Origin: an uncultured Chloroflexia bacterium
Lineage (GTDB): Bacteria > Chloroflexota > Limnocylindria > QHBO01
Assembly (NCBI GenBank): GCA_963825905.1
Contig: CAWGUL010000009.1
Location: 33,687 to 97,686, forward strand
Length of the DNA: 64,000 nt
Direction: 5' to 3'
The translations under genes were made by a program, and so were the position numbers. Below are positions 1 through 10,072 of this stretch, piece after piece (the stretch's first letter is position 1; each line of letters opens with the position of its first letter). Below the pieces are notes generated by a model. It did no database searches, had not been told where the DNA came from, and worked only from the letters and a program-made list of their open reading frames with translations.

Positions 1-461
1 CGCCGCCCGGCTACTTCCTCGCCGCCCAGGTCGCCTCGCGGCTCGTGCTCGGCATGATCCAGGTCCTCATCCTGCTGGGGATCGGGCTCCTGTTCGGGCT
101 CCATCTGATCGGGAGCGTCGCGCTGCTGCTGCTGGTGGCGCTGCTCGGGGCGGTCATCTTCCTGGCGATGGGCTTCGGCATCGCCGGCTGGGCGAAGAAC
201 GAGGACCAGGCGGCACCGGTCGCGAACCTCGTCAGCCTGCCGATGCTGTTCCTGTCCGGCACGTTCTTCTCACGCGATGCGATGCCCGACGTCCTCGCGT
301 CGATCACCTCGTACCTGCCGCTCACGTACCTGAACGACGCGCTGCGCCGGATCGCGAACGACGGCGCCGGGCTCGGCGACCTGGGCACCGACCTGCTCGG
401 CATGGCGGTCTGGGCGATCCTCGCCTTCCTCGTCGCCGTGCGTCTGTTCCGCTGGGAGTGA
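1..461 (+). CDS. ABC-2 type transporter permease (5' truncated by window edge)
   Basis: Open frame from base 3. Hydrophobic helices with the 'LPMLFLSGTFF...YLPLTY...RLFRWE' ABC-2 permease C-terminus. Confidence 0.85.
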   Translation, partial: PPGYFLAAQVASRLVLGMIQVLILLGIGLLFGLHLIGSVALLLLVALLGAVIFLAMGFGIAGWAKNEDQAAPVANLVSLPMLFLSGTFFSRDAMPDVLASITSYLPLTYLNDALRRIANDGAGLGDLGTDLLGMAVWAILAFLVAVRLFRWE

Positions 462-832
462 GCGGGGCGATGCGCGGCATCCCGCTCCTCCTGCGCGCGG
501 AGTGGCTCGCGCTCGCGATCATCGGCATCGCCGGCTACCTGTGGATGGGCGGCGCCGCACTCTGGCTGCTGCCGCTGCTCCTCGCCCCCGACCTGTCCGT
601 GGCGGGCTACCTGGGTGGTCCGCGGATGGGCGCGCTGACGTACAACGCGGTCCATAACCTGGTCCTCGCCCTCGGCCTCTTCGGGATCGGCTGGGCGCTC
701 GGTTCCGCGCCGCTGGCGCTTGGTGGCGCGATCCTGGTGGCGCACGTCGGGATGGACCGCGCGCTCGGCTACGGCCTCAAGCTGGCGACCGGCTTCGCCG
801 ACACCCATCTCGGGCGCATCGGCCGGAGCTGA
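458..832 (+). CDS. DUF4260-like small membrane protein
   Basis: 'LLAPDLS..GYLGGPR.GALTYNAVH', 'AHVGMDRALGYGLK...FADTHLG'. GTGA overlap with the upstream gene. Confidence 0.8.
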   Translation: MSGAMRGIPLLLRAEWLALAIIGIAGYLWMGGAALWLLPLLLAPDLSVAGYLGGPRMGALTYNAVHNLVLALGLFGIGWALGSAPLALGGAILVAHVGMDRALGYGLKLATGFADTHLGRIGRS

Positions 833-849
833 GGCTCACGCCCCGGGAA

Positions 850-1092
850 TCAGTCTCGGCCGTCGACCACGCACCAGCCGATGGACGATCGCTCGGCCGA
901 CAGGGTGACGAGCAGGTGACAGTCCAGGCAGGTGGCCAGCGCGACCGGCGCCCCGGGCTGCCGGGGGCACGTGACCCCGTCCGGCCCGACCGCACGGAGC
1001 TCGCCGAGGCACATGATCCACGCTTCGCTGGCGGCGCCGGATCCCACGATCGCAGCCTCAGGCGAGGTCGAGCACGCAAGCCGGGTGGTCAT
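850..1092 (-). CDS. Small Cys-rich hypothetical protein (80 aa)
   Basis: ATG at 1092 overlaps the stop of the upstream gene (ATGA). MTTRLAC...CLG...CPRQ...CLDCH...WC, 6 Cys. Confidence 0.55.
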   Translation of the reverse strand: MTTRLACSTSPEAAIVGSGAASEAWIMCLGELRAVGPDGVTCPRQPGAPVALATCLDCHLLVTLSAERSSIGWCVVDGRD

Positions 1093-1493
1093 GCGCCGAT
1101 CACCGCCGGCCGCCAGCCGGCGACCAGGACCGCCCACGCGATGGCCAAGTCGATCACGAGCCCCAGGACGATCCAAGGGTGGAAGAAGACGAGCAGGACG
1201 CCCGCCGACGCGAGCGCACCCGCCAGCGCCGCGATCGGCCACCATGCCGTCGGGACGCCCCAGCCGACGGTGGCCAGGGCCGCGAGGACGAGCAGGGCCA
1301 CGGTGACGAAGATCAGCGCGGTGCCGGCCGCACGCGCGACGGCGGGATCGAGACCGGCCGACGTCACGAGCCAGGATCGCTGCATCTCGAATGGCCACTC
1401 GGGACCGCCCGCGGTGCGCGGCGGGGGCGGGGTGAAGTAGAAGGCGTGGACCAGGCCGTGCGCAAGGAGAAAGACGCCCAGCAGGAGTTTCAC
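1089..1493 (-). CDS. Hypothetical 4-TM membrane protein
   Basis: MKLLLGVFLLAHGLVHAFYF..., with an HGxxH motif and four hydrophobic segments. Confidence 0.7.
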   Translation of the reverse strand: MKLLLGVFLLAHGLVHAFYFTPPPPRTAGGPEWPFEMQRSWLVTSAGLDPAVARAAGTALIFVTVALLVLAALATVGWGVPTAWWPIAALAGALASAGVLLVFFHPWIVLGLVIDLAIAWAVLVAGWRPAVIGA

Positions 1494-1551
1494 AGCAGCA
1501 GCCTCGCGATCCGGTGGGCACGAGCATGGACCGCGGGGGCGGGTGTCCCTA

Positions 1552-1565
1552 GGGCCGGACGTCCT
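1552..1565. promoter_or_regulatory. Putative DosR/DevR-like box
   Basis: GGGCCGGACGTCCT about 60 bp upstream of the gene starting at 1493. Confidence 0.55.
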
Positions 1566-1583
1566 GATCGGCAGGGCGCTTCG

Positions 1584-2726
1584 TCATCGCGTCGGCTCCG
1601 AAGTGGCGTCGGGCGTCGGCACGGCCCGCATCGTCGCGAGGGCCTCCGACGCGATGACGAGATCCTCGCGCGCGCGCACCGCGAGCACCGCGGGCGGCCC
1701 ATCGGCCAGCACCCGGTCGTCCGCCACGGCCGAAGCGAGGCGCGCGGGCACGCGGAGCGTCGCCAGCCGCTCGACGATCGCCTGCCGCATCGCGGCGCTG
1801 TGCTCGCCGATGCCCCCGGTGAAGACGATCGCATCGAGGCGTTCGAGCGAGGTGGCCACCGCGGCGATGCCGGCCGCCGCACGGTGGGCGAACATCGCCA
1901 GGGCCAGGCGAGCGGCCTCATCGCCCCCCGACGCTCGCTCCTCGAGCTCGCGCACATCGCTCGTGCCGCCGATGGCGAGCAGCCCGGACCGATGGGCGAG
2001 CCCGTCGCCGAGCTCGTCGGGCGAGAGGCCGGCCGTCGCCAGGTGGACGATGATCCCGGGATCGACCGAGCCCGCGCGCGTGCCCATCATCAGCCCCTCG
2101 GCGGGCGTGAAGCCCATCGAGGTGTCGACCGACCGCCCTCCGGCGACCGCCGTGACCGAGGCGCCGGAGCCGAGGTGCGCGACGACCATCTCCAGCTCCC
2201 CGACCGGCCGGCCGAGGAGATGGGCAGCCCGGAGCACCGCCCACGTCACCGACAGGCCGTGGAACCCGTAGCGGCGCAGCTCCCAGCGCGCCACCCAGTC
2301 GGCGGGCAGCGGGTAGCGCCATGCGGCCTCGGGAAGGGTGGCGTGGAAGGCGGTATCGAAGCAGGCGACGTGGGGAATGTCCGGGAACGCGACGCGCCCG
2401 GCGCGGATCACCGCCGCGGCCCGGCGATTGTGCAGCGGGGCCAGCGGATCGAGCGCCTCGATGCGCGCGACGAGGGCATCGTCGACGCGGAGCGGACGGA
2501 TGCCGCCCGCCCCGCCGTGGACGACGCGGTAGCCGACCGCGACCGGCGTGCCGCCGAGCTGCGCCCGGGCCGCCTCCACGATGCCGGGGGCGGTGCCCGC
2601 ATCGTCGCCGCCGCCGGGCCACGCGATCTCGGTGGTGGCGAGCGCCGCTCCGCCCGCAACCAGGCTCGCCTTCAGCGTGCTCGAGCCGGCGTTGAGGACG
2701 AGGATCGGATCGGTCAGGTCGGCCAT
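1584..2726 (-). CDS. ackA: Acetate/propionate kinase
   Basis: [59 protein letters not shown] motifs. Confidence 0.95.
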   Translation of the reverse strand: MADLTDPILVLNAGSSTLKASLVAGGAALATTEIAWPGGGDDAGTAPGIVEAARAQLGGTPVAVGYRVVHGGAGGIRPLRVDDALVARIEALDPLAPLHNRRAAAVIRAGRVAFPDIPHVACFDTAFHATLPEAAWRYPLPADWVARWELRRYGFHGLSVTWAVLRAAHLLGRPVGELEMVVAHLGSGASVTAVAGGRSVDTSMGFTPAEGLMMGTRAGSVDPGIIVHLATAGLSPDELGDGLAHRSGLLAIGGTSDVRELEERASGGDEAARLALAMFAHRAAAGIAAVATSLERLDAIVFTGGIGEHSAAMRQAIVERLATLRVPARLASAVADDRVLADGPPAVLAVRAREDLVIASEALATMRAVPTPDATSEPTR

Positions 2727-5092
2727 GCCCAGTCGCGGATCGCGGGATCGTCGTCACCGTGGGCGCGCGTGTAGGCGCGCGCCGCGGCCCTCCGGTCCTC
2801 CATCAGCTGCCGGAGCTGGCCCGCGCGATCGGCGAGGCCGGGGACGCGGTCGATGACGTCCATCACGAGGTGGAATCGATCGAGGTCGTTGAGCATGACC
2901 ATGTCGAACGGCGTCGTCGTCGTGCCCTCCTCCCTGTAGCCGCGAACGTGGAGGTTGTCGTGGTTCGTGCGGCGGTAGGTGAGCCGATGGATGAGCCACG
3001 GATAGCCGTGGTAGGCGAACACGATCGGCCGATCGGTGGTGAAGATCGCGTCGAACTCGGCGGTGCTCATCCCGTGCGGATGCTCGCGCTCGTCGACGAG
3101 TCGCATGAGGTCCACGACGTTCACGAGCCGCAGCCGCAGGTCGGGAACGTGTTCCCGCAGAAGAGCGGCGGCGGCGAGGGCCTCGAGCGTCGGGACATCG
3201 CCGGCGCAGGCGAGGACGACGTCGGGCTTGCCGCCGGCATCGGTGCTCGCCCACGGCCAGATCCCGATCCCGCGCGCGCAGTGCGCGATGGCGTCATCCA
3301 TCGTCAGCCAGGTGGGCGCCGGCTGCTTGCCGGCAACGATGACGTTGACGTAGCCCCGGCTGCGGAGGCAATGGTCCGCGACCGAGAGCAGCGTGTTGGC
3401 GTCGGGCGGCAGGTAAACCCGGATCACCTCCGCCTTCTTGTTCACGACATGGTCGATGAAGCCGGGGTCCTGGTGGCTGAATCCGTTGTGGTCCTGGCGC
3501 CAGACGTGGCTGGAGAGGAGGTAGTTCAGCGACGCGATCGGCCGCCGCCACGCGATGCCACGCGTCGTGTTCAGCCACTTCGCGTGCTGGTTGAACATCG
3601 AGTCGACGATGTGGATGAACGCCTCGTAGCAGTTGAACAGGCCGTGGCGGCCGGTCAGCAGGTAGCCCTCCAGCCAGCCCTGGCAGAGGTGCTCGGAGAG
3701 GACCTCCAGCACCCGCCCGTCGGGCGCGAGGTGCTCGTCGACCGGCAGCGTCTCCGCCATCCACGCCTTGTCGGTCGTCTCGAAGACGGCGGCGAGGCGG
3801 TTGGACGCCGTCTCGTCCGGCCCGAAGAGGCGGAAGGTGGACCGATTGCGGTCGATGACGTCACGCAGGAACGTGCCCAGCACACGGGTCGCCTCGGCGG
3901 TCGTGGCGCCGGGCGACGGCACGTCCACGGCGTACTCGCGGAAGTCCGGGAGGGCGAGGTCGCGCAGGAGACTGCCGCCGTTGGCGACCGGGTTCGCGCT
4001 CATCCGCCGGTCGCCACGCGGCGGAAGGCCGGCGAGCTCCGGCTGCAGTCGGCCGGCCGCGTCGAACAGCTCGTCGGGCCGGTAGGAGCGCAGCCAGGCC
4101 TCGAGCTGACGGAGGTGCGACGGGTCGTTGCGGACGTCGGCGAGCGGGACCTGGTGCGAGCGCCACGTGCCCTCGACCGGCAGCCCGTCGACCTCGGCGG
4201 GGCCTGTCCAGCCCTTCGGCGTGCGCAGGATGATCATCGGCCACCGAGGCCGCGTGCCGGACGTGCCGCTGGCTCGCGCGTCGCGCTGAATGGTCGCGAT
4301 CGCGTCGAGCGACCGGTCGAGGGCCCCCGCGAAGGCCTGGTGGACCGTCTCGGGGTCATCGCCGGCGACGATCTGCGGCGCGTACCCGTAACCGACGAAG
4401 AGGGCGATGAGCTCCTCCTCGGGGATGCGCGCGAGGACGGTGGGATTGGCGATCTTGTAGCCGTTCAGATGCAGGATCGGGAGCACCGCGCCATCGCGCG
4501 CGGGGTCGAGGAACTTGTTCGAGTGCCAGCTCGCAGCCAGCGGACCGGTCTCCGCTTCCCCGTCGCCCACGACGCAGGCGACAAGAAGGTCCGGGTCGTC
4601 GAAGGCGGCGCCGTAGGCGTGGACGAGGGCGTAGCCGAGCTCGCCGCCCTCGTGGATCGAGCCGGGAGTCTCCGGCGCGACGTGGCTCGGGATGCCGCCG
4701 GGAAAGCTGAACTGGCGGAACAGGGCGCGCATCCCCGCCGCGTCGGGGTTGATCCGCGGATAGACCTCCGAGTACGTGCCCTCGAGGTAGGCGTTGGCCA
4801 CCATGGCCGGTCCGCCGTGTCCGGGGCCGGCGACATAGATCGCGTTGAGGTCGCGCTGGCGAATGGCGCGGTTCAGGTGGGCGTAGACGAGGTTGAGGCC
4901 CGGCACGGTGCCGAAGTGGCCGAGCAGTCGCGGCTTCACGTGCTCGGCGCGCAGGGGTTCCCGAAGGAGCGGGTTGTCGAGGAGATAGATCTGGCCGACC
5001 GAGAGGTAGTTGGCCGCCCGCCAGTAGGCGTCGATCTGCGCCAGCTCGCGCGCATCGAGCGGGCGTTCGGTCGCGGATGCCGGGCTCGCCAT
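2714..5092 (-). CDS. xfp: Phosphoketolase (X5P/F6P)
   Basis: [51 protein letters not shown] motifs. Confidence 0.95.
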   Translation of the reverse strand: MASPASATERPLDARELAQIDAYWRAANYLSVGQIYLLDNPLLREPLRAEHVKPRLLGHFGTVPGLNLVYAHLNRAIRQRDLNAIYVAGPGHGGPAMVANAYLEGTYSEVYPRINPDAAGMRALFRQFSFPGGIPSHVAPETPGSIHEGGELGYALVHAYGAAFDDPDLLVACVVGDGEAETGPLAASWHSNKFLDPARDGAVLPILHLNGYKIANPTVLARIPEEELIALFVGYGYAPQIVAGDDPETVHQAFAGALDRSLDAIATIQRDARASGTSGTRPRWPMIILRTPKGWTGPAEVDGLPVEGTWRSHQVPLADVRNDPSHLRQLEAWLRSYRPDELFDAAGRLQPELAGLPPRGDRRMSANPVANGGSLLRDLALPDFREYAVDVPSPGATTAEATRVLGTFLRDVIDRNRSTFRLFGPDETASNRLAAVFETTDKAWMAETLPVDEHLAPDGRVLEVLSEHLCQGWLEGYLLTGRHGLFNCYEAFIHIVDSMFNQHAKWLNTTRGIAWRRPIASLNYLLSSHVWRQDHNGFSHQDPGFIDHVVNKKAEVIRVYLPPDANTLLSVADHCLRSRGYVNVIVAGKQPAPTWLTMDDAIAHCARGIGIWPWASTDAGGKPDVVLACAGDVPTLEALAAAALLREHVPDLRLRLVNVVDLMRLVDEREHPHGMSTAEFDAIFTTDRPIVFAYHGYPWLIHRLTYRRTNHDNLHVRGYREEGTTTTPFDMVMLNDLDRFHLVMDVIDRVPGLADRAGQLRQLMEDRRAAARAYTRAHGDDDPAIRDWAWPT

Positions 5093-5202
5093 GTCAGGTG
5101 GATCTCGGGCGGTGGGGTGCGCCAGCGTAGCGCACGCCCGACCAGGCGCGGCGTCGGGCACTCACGGGACTCGGCGCCGCTCGGTGCGCGACTCCGACGG
5201 GC

Positions 5203-6132
5203 TCAGTGCGCGGACGACCCCTCCATCGCCAGGCTCGGGCCCGTCCGGCGCGCCGCAGTCGTTCCGGCCGCCGCCGGAACGATGCTGCGGTCGATGCGCC
5301 GCGCGAGGACGAGGCCGAAGCCCGCCGCGACGACGAAGGTGACGATCGGTGGCAGTGCCAGCTCACCGGTGACGATCCACGCCGAGACGAGCATGGCCGC
5401 GATGGCGAGCGACATCGTCACGAACGTCACCAGGAACGCGGCGCCCGCGACCATCCCCGCCGGCGAGCCGCGCCAGACGGCCGTCGCGAGCAGGAGCGAC
5501 AGCGGCACCACGAGGCCCAGGTCGAGGACCTGGACGGTCATCGTCGTCTCGCCCTCGAGGACGGGGACCGCGGCGCCCAGCCCGGTCGCGATGCGGCCGG
5601 CCCACAGCACCGTGAGGAGCAGCCCCATCGTGGCGCCCAGCACCGGCCACGCGCGGCGCGGGTAGCTCGCGTCGAAGCGGTCGGCGACGCCGGCCGTGGC
5701 GAGGAGCCTGCCGGCGAGGATGACCCCGACCAGCGAGGCGGCCGTGATGGCGATGAAGACCGGGAGTAGTGGCCCGAAGGCCCACGTGACCGCGTACTCC
5801 AGGTACGCGTACAGGAAGTAGCCGAACATGCCGGCCGCCAGCAGCGCGCCGCGGAACGAGCCGTGCGCCACCAGCACGGCGGCGACGAGGAGCAGTGGAA
5901 CGGCGATGACGAGCGTGAAGACGTCCCAGCCGACTCCCTCGGCCACCACCTCGCGGGCGTTGTTGGCGTAGACCCCGGTCGCCGCCATCTGGTACGCCTC
6001 ACCCCGCGCGCTCAGGGCGGCGACGAACGTCCCGTCGCCGCGCGCGAAGACGCCGAGCGTGGAGGCGATGGCGGCGAGCAGCGCGACGGCCGCGCCGAGG
6101 GCGGCCGTCGCGGTGCGCATCGATCGGTCCAT
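5203..6132 (-). CDS. Hypothetical multi-pass membrane protein
   Basis: About 8 TM segments, packed tightly in the minus-strand operon. Confidence 0.7.
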   Translation of the reverse strand: MDRSMRTATAALGAAVALLAAIASTLGVFARGDGTFVAALSARGEAYQMAATGVYANNAREVVAEGVGWDVFTLVIAVPLLLVAAVLVAHGSFRGALLAAGMFGYFLYAYLEYAVTWAFGPLLPVFIAITAASLVGVILAGRLLATAGVADRFDASYPRRAWPVLGATMGLLLTVLWAGRIATGLGAAVPVLEGETTMTVQVLDLGLVVPLSLLLATAVWRGSPAGMVAGAAFLVTFVTMSLAIAAMLVSAWIVTGELALPPIVTFVVAAGFGLVLARRIDRSIVPAAAGTTAARRTGPSLAMEGSSAH

Positions 6133-6135
6133 CGG

Positions 6136-6585
6136 TCAGGCCGCGACCGCCATCCGGGAGCCGAGCGTGACGCCCCAGGCGCGTGCCCGGACGAGCTCCT
6201 CGGGAAGCAGCTCGGTGTTCATGGACACGATGAACGTCTCGCTCCGGACCGGCGCCGCGCCGAGCGCCTCGAGCCGGTCCTGGATCCGATCCGCCGCCGA
6301 GCCGGACAGCCAGCGGGGCCAGTGGAGCCGCGTGTCGAAGGTCGCGACCGCGCGCCCGTCGAGGCGCGGCAGCTGATCGAGGAAGGCGGACATCTCCCCG
6401 GTCATGCCGTGGGCCTCGGTCGGGCCGCCGACGACGAGCAGGTCGATGTCCGGGGTGACGGCTCCTGCCGCCGCCTCGACGGCCACCAGCAGCGTGCTGG
6501 CGGTCGTGCGGAGCCCCTCGGCGATCGCCTCCGCCACGCGTTTCGTGTTGCCCTTGTGGCTGGCGTAGCAGACGAGCGCGTTCAT
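6136..6585 (-). CDS. Flavodoxin-like protein
   Basis: YASHKGNTKRVAEAIAEG, GGPT, ATFDTR. ATGA overlap with the upstream gene. Confidence 0.85.
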   Translation of the reverse strand: MNALVCYASHKGNTKRVAEAIAEGLRTTASTLLVAVEAAAGAVTPDIDLLVVGGPTEAHGMTGEMSAFLDQLPRLDGRAVATFDTRLHWPRWLSGSAADRIQDRLEALGAAPVRSETFIVSMNTELLPEELVRARAWGVTLGSRMAVAA

Positions 6586-7088
6586 GCGTGTACCTCCTTC
6601 GCCGCCAGCGCGGCGGCGATCTGATCTGCCCATTCGCGGATCGACTCCCAGTCCCGGAAGTCGCCGCGCGGGGCGTGAACGGTGGCGGTGACGGCTCGTT
6701 CCATGAAGCCGAGGCGGGTGGCGTCGAGCCGGCCGGCGAAGGACCGATGCGCTTGCGCGCTGATGCGCGTGGCGATGGCGACTGCCTCCGGCGGCTGGTC
6801 CGCCGGCGCCGGCGACGACCCGGTCGGTCCGCTGGAGAAGGCCCAGACCGGCATGCGCGCCAGGGTCGCCTCATGGCGGTCGACGAAGTGACGCGCCGGC
6901 TCGAGCCAGCGGCCGACGTAGACGGCGCTGCCGACGACGACCGCGTCATAGGAGTCCAGGGTGGCGACCGTCTCGGGCGCGCGGCTGTCGACGGTGTGGC
7001 CGTGATCGCGGAGCACGCCGGCGATGACCTCGCCGATCTCTCCGCTGGCACCGTGCCGCGAGGCGACGGTGACGAGCACGTGCTGCAT
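6582..7088 (-). CDS. Flavodoxin-domain protein, HemG-like (menaquinone-dependent protoporphyrinogen oxidase family)
   Basis: ASRHGASGEI, YDAVVVGSAVY.GRW, WAFSSGP, FAGRLD, GDFRDW motifs. Confidence 0.8.
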   Translation of the reverse strand: MQHVLVTVASRHGASGEIGEVIAGVLRDHGHTVDSRAPETVATLDSYDAVVVGSAVYVGRWLEPARHFVDRHEATLARMPVWAFSSGPTGSSPAPADQPPEAVAIATRISAQAHRSFAGRLDATRLGFMERAVTATVHAPRGDFRDWESIREWADQIAAALAAKEVHA

Positions 7089-7154
7089 GGGTGTCCTTCC
7101 CTCGACGTGCACGGGTAGCGGTTCCAGCGTCGTCCAGCGAGGGTGGTGCGACCA

Positions 7155-7191
7155 GTGCCGGATGTCCCGCGGGCGAGGCGCCGAACGGCCC
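7155..7191. promoter_or_regulatory. Tandem DosR-like boxes
   Basis: GTGCCGGATGTCCC (7155-7168) and GCGCCGAACGGCCC (7178-7191), spaced 23 bp. Confidence 0.55.
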
Positions 7192-7221
7192 GGAGCCCGG
7201 CGCCAGTGGTGGAAGCGCCGC

Positions 7222-8349
7222 TCAGCCGATGGCCGTGCCCAGCAGTGCGCCGACCCCGAACGTGATCGCCGCTGCCACGAGGCCGAACGCGAGCTGGCGG
7301 ATGCCGGAGATGAGCGGCGGACGGCCGGTCATGAGGGTGATCGCCGCACCGAGCGCGAAGAGGGCCAGCCCCGACAGCGCGGCCGAGACGATGATCGCGC
7401 CGGTGCCGGCGGCGACGAGGAAGGGGAGCACGGGGATGATCGCCCCGATGCTGAACAGGATGAACGAGGTGATGGCGGCGGTCCACGCCGACCCACCCAG
7501 GTCGTGCGGATCGATGCCGAGCTCCTCGCGGGCCATGGTGTCGAGCGCCGTCGCGGCATCGCCCCCGATGATGCGGTCGGCGAGCCGCTTCGCCGCCTCT
7601 GGCTCGATACCCTTGGCCTCGTAGATGAGGCGGAGCTCCTCCGCCTCCTCCTGGGGGAAGGCGGCCAGCTCGGCCGACTCGGTCGCGATCTGGTTGGCGT
7701 ACAGCTCGCGCGCGCTCTGCACGCTGAGCCACTCGCCGAGGGCCATCGACAGCGAGCCGGCGAGGAGGCCGGCGATGCCGGCGATCAGCACCGGCGATCC
7801 GCCCGAGCTGGCCCCGGCGACCCCCATCACGAGCGACAGGTTCGAGACCAGGCCGTCGTTCGCGCCGAGCACCGCGGCCCGCAGCGCGTTGCCGCCGACG
7901 CCCTTGTGGCGACCTTCGAACCGGACGAGCGTGGCGCCGCTGGCGCCGCCGGTGACGGACTGCAGAAGGCGGGCATGTGATCGCTCGTCCTCCGGGAGCG
8001 ACGTGCCGGCGGCTTCGGGCTGGTCGTCGTACATCGCCTGGTTGCGGCGCTCCTGGCCGGCGATCGCCGGGGCCACCATGCCGGCGCCGAACCTGCGCGC
8101 GATGAACGCGAGCGTTCGTGCCCGCCACGACGCGTGGACCGTCGCGGCGAGGCCGGCAGCCGTGAGCCTGTCCCGCCAGAGCGCACCGTGGCGCTCCTCG
8201 GCTTCGGCCATCCGGGTGTAGAGCTCGCCGAGTCGCTCGTCGCCCGGCTTGGCGGCCATGGCACGGTAGAGCAGGGCGCCGTCGACCTCGCCCTGCAGGT
8301 TGGCTCGCCAGCGCGCCACTGTGGCCGGATCGACGTCCATGGCGGTCAC
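7222..8349 (-). CDS. Rubrerythrin-like + VIT1/CCC1 iron transporter fusion (MbfA-like)
   Basis: N-terminal 'EVDGALLY..AEAEERH' and 'DERSH' ExxH motifs, followed by the VIT1 signatures 'LRAAVLGANDGLVS' and 'SMALGEWLSV'. Confidence 0.88.
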   Translation of the reverse strand: MTAMDVDPATVARWRANLQGEVDGALLYRAMAAKPGDERLGELYTRMAEAEERHGALWRDRLTAAGLAATVHASWRARTLAFIARRFGAGMVAPAIAGQERRNQAMYDDQPEAAGTSLPEDERSHARLLQSVTGGASGATLVRFEGRHKGVGGNALRAAVLGANDGLVSNLSLVMGVAGASSGGSPVLIAGIAGLLAGSLSMALGEWLSVQSARELYANQIATESAELAAFPQEEAEELRLIYEAKGIEPEAAKRLADRIIGGDAATALDTMAREELGIDPHDLGGSAWTAAITSFILFSIGAIIPVLPFLVAAGTGAIIVSAALSGLALFALGAAITLMTGRPPLISGIRQLAFGLVAAAITFGVGALLGTAIG

Positions 8350-9113
8350 GATGCCACGTTCGCGGTCGCGAGCGCCGCCGCGGTCGAAGCAGCGAGGAGC
8401 GCGACCTGGCGCGGTGTCAGCGTCTCGCATGCCCATCCCCAGTGCAGGGAGACCCAGTCGCCCGGCATCACCCCATCGAGCGGCCCAGCGGGACCGCGCC
8501 ACGCCGTCGCGGACTCGGTCCGCGGCGTGCCCAGGCGCAGCCGTCCGTCGGCGTTCTCGAGCCGCGCGACATCGACCACCACGCGCTCTGGCTCCACCCC
8601 GCGCACGCGGCCCCAGCCGATGCGGCACGCGTCCATCGTGGCGAGCAGCGGATCGGCCTCGCCGCCGCGCATGAGGCCCACACGCGGGTAGATCTCGAGC
8701 ACGTGGAAGGCGTGCATCGGCCGCGATCCGCCGGCGAGCGCCGCCTCAAGCCAGCGCCATTCGGCGGCCGGCATCCTGGCGCGGAACCGGTCGCCGAGGT
8801 CGCGGTGCAGCGTGCGCGGCGCCACCCGGTCGGCGAGCGGCCCGCCGAGCCAGTACGCCTCGACCACGCGGGAGTCGAGCGGGTCGGCGATGCCGTTCGC
8901 CCTGGCGATGAGGCGCAGGTAGGGGTACGCGCCCTCGAATCCGAGCGCGAGGTGGCGGAGCTCGTCATCGGCTCCGCCACCGGCGCCGCCGAGGAGGGCC
9001 GGCGCATCATCGGGGCCGCACAGGCCGAGACGGTTCGGGGGATACGCGTAGCGGGCGAAGCGCACCGGCCCCGACGGGAGCCTCCCGGTCGCCGGCGCGG
9101 TGCGGATGGCCAT
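8346..9113 (-). CDS. DUF6390-like protein with HypC-like C-terminus
   Basis: FARYAYPPNRLGLCGP, VVEAYWLG, HAFHV, MDACRIGWG, GDWVSLHWGWAC. Confidence 0.75.
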   Translation of the reverse strand: MAIRTAPATGRLPSGPVRFARYAYPPNRLGLCGPDDAPALLGGAGGGADDELRHLALGFEGAYPYLRLIARANGIADPLDSRVVEAYWLGGPLADRVAPRTLHRDLGDRFRARMPAAEWRWLEAALAGGSRPMHAFHVLEIYPRVGLMRGGEADPLLATMDACRIGWGRVRGVEPERVVVDVARLENADGRLRLGTPRTESATAWRGPAGPLDGVMPGDWVSLHWGWACETLTPRQVALLAASTAAALATANVAS

Positions 9114-9115
9114 CG

Positions 9116-10072
9116 CTACGGGGTTGCGAGCGGCGTGACCGGCGCGACCGCGCGCGGCCGCGTCGCCAGCCATGCGATCGCCAGCCCTGCCAGCAGGGTG
9201 CCCGCATAGCCGGCCAGTGGCCCGACGCCCGGCAGCTGGCCGTTGGCAACGAGCTGGAGGGAAGCGGTGATCGGTGCGCCCAGGGTGAGCACCGCCGCCA
9301 CCGCGCTCGCCGGTGCGTGGCGCAGGGCCCCGTACCAGGTCGCGACGTAGGCTGCGAGCAGGACCCCGGTGCCGCCGATCCACGCCAACTGCACGGGGCC
9401 GAGGGACGCAAGGCCGCCGATCTTGCCGGTCGCCATCAGCCACGCGACGAGCAGCGCCAGCCCGATCGTCATCCGCGACGCGGCAGCGATGGGAGCGGGC
9501 ACGCGGGCGAGGAGCCGCTTCGCAACGATGACCTCGATCGCCCACAGCCCGGTGGCGGCGGCGATCATCGTCTCGCCCGAGGTCCAACGCACGCCATCCG
9601 GGGGCTGGAGGAGGAGCTGGCTGATGACGAGCACGCCGAGGGCCGCGATCTGGAGGCCGCCGAGCCGCTCGCGGAGGAGGATGACCGCCAGCAGCGCAAC
9701 CCATGCGAAGAGGGTCTTGTGGATGACCGCCGCGGCTGGCGCGCTGGCGCCGGCGAGCCCGGTGAAGAAGAGGACGAACGGGATGCTGCCACCGATGACG
9801 CCGAGCGCGAGCAGGCCGAGCAGCGAGCGACGATCGAGCCTGCGGACGACGCGCGGGGCGGCTGGGATGGCGGCGCCGGCCAGCGCCAGCAGGATTGCGG
9901 CGGCAACCCCGTTCTTCAGGGTCGTGAACAGCACCGGGTCGCCGACCGAGCGGAGGGCAGTCGCATTGAGGAAGACCGAGACGCCGCTGACGACGGCGGT
10001 GACGACGGCGAGGCCCAGGCCGAACCGGGTGCTGATGGGTCGCGCCTCGAGCGCGCGCAGGATGCGGATCAT
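9116..10072 (-). CDS. EamA/DMT family transporter
   Basis: About 10 TM with a two-repeat DMT pattern ('LLRERLG'). Confidence 0.85.
   Translation of the reverse strand: MIRILRALEARPISTRFGLGLAVVTAVVSGVSVFLNATALRSVGDPVLFTTLKNGVAAAILLALAGAAIPAAPRVVRRLDRRSLLGLLALGVIGGSIPFVLFFTGLAGASAPAAAVIHKTLFAWVALLAVILLRERLGGLQIAALGVLVISQLLLQPPDGVRWTSGETMIAAATGLWAIEVIVAKRLLARVPAPIAAASRMTIGLALLVAWLMATGKIGGLASLGPVQLAWIGGTGVLLAAYVATWYGALRHAPASAVAAVLTLGAPITASLQLVANGQLPGVGPLAGYAGTLLAGLAIAWLATRPRAVAPVTPLATP

Noticed and set aside
850-1092. c-type cytochrome call from the CLDCH motif
   Set aside because: No export signal. The additional Cys residues favour a Zn or Fe-S site.
2759-5665. 968-aa plus-strand ORF and many similar long ORFs (e.g. 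15367-17409, 33218-34936, 47664-49535)
   Set aside because: Antisense shadows of real genes in stop-poor high-GC DNA. Arg/Gly-rich with no motifs.
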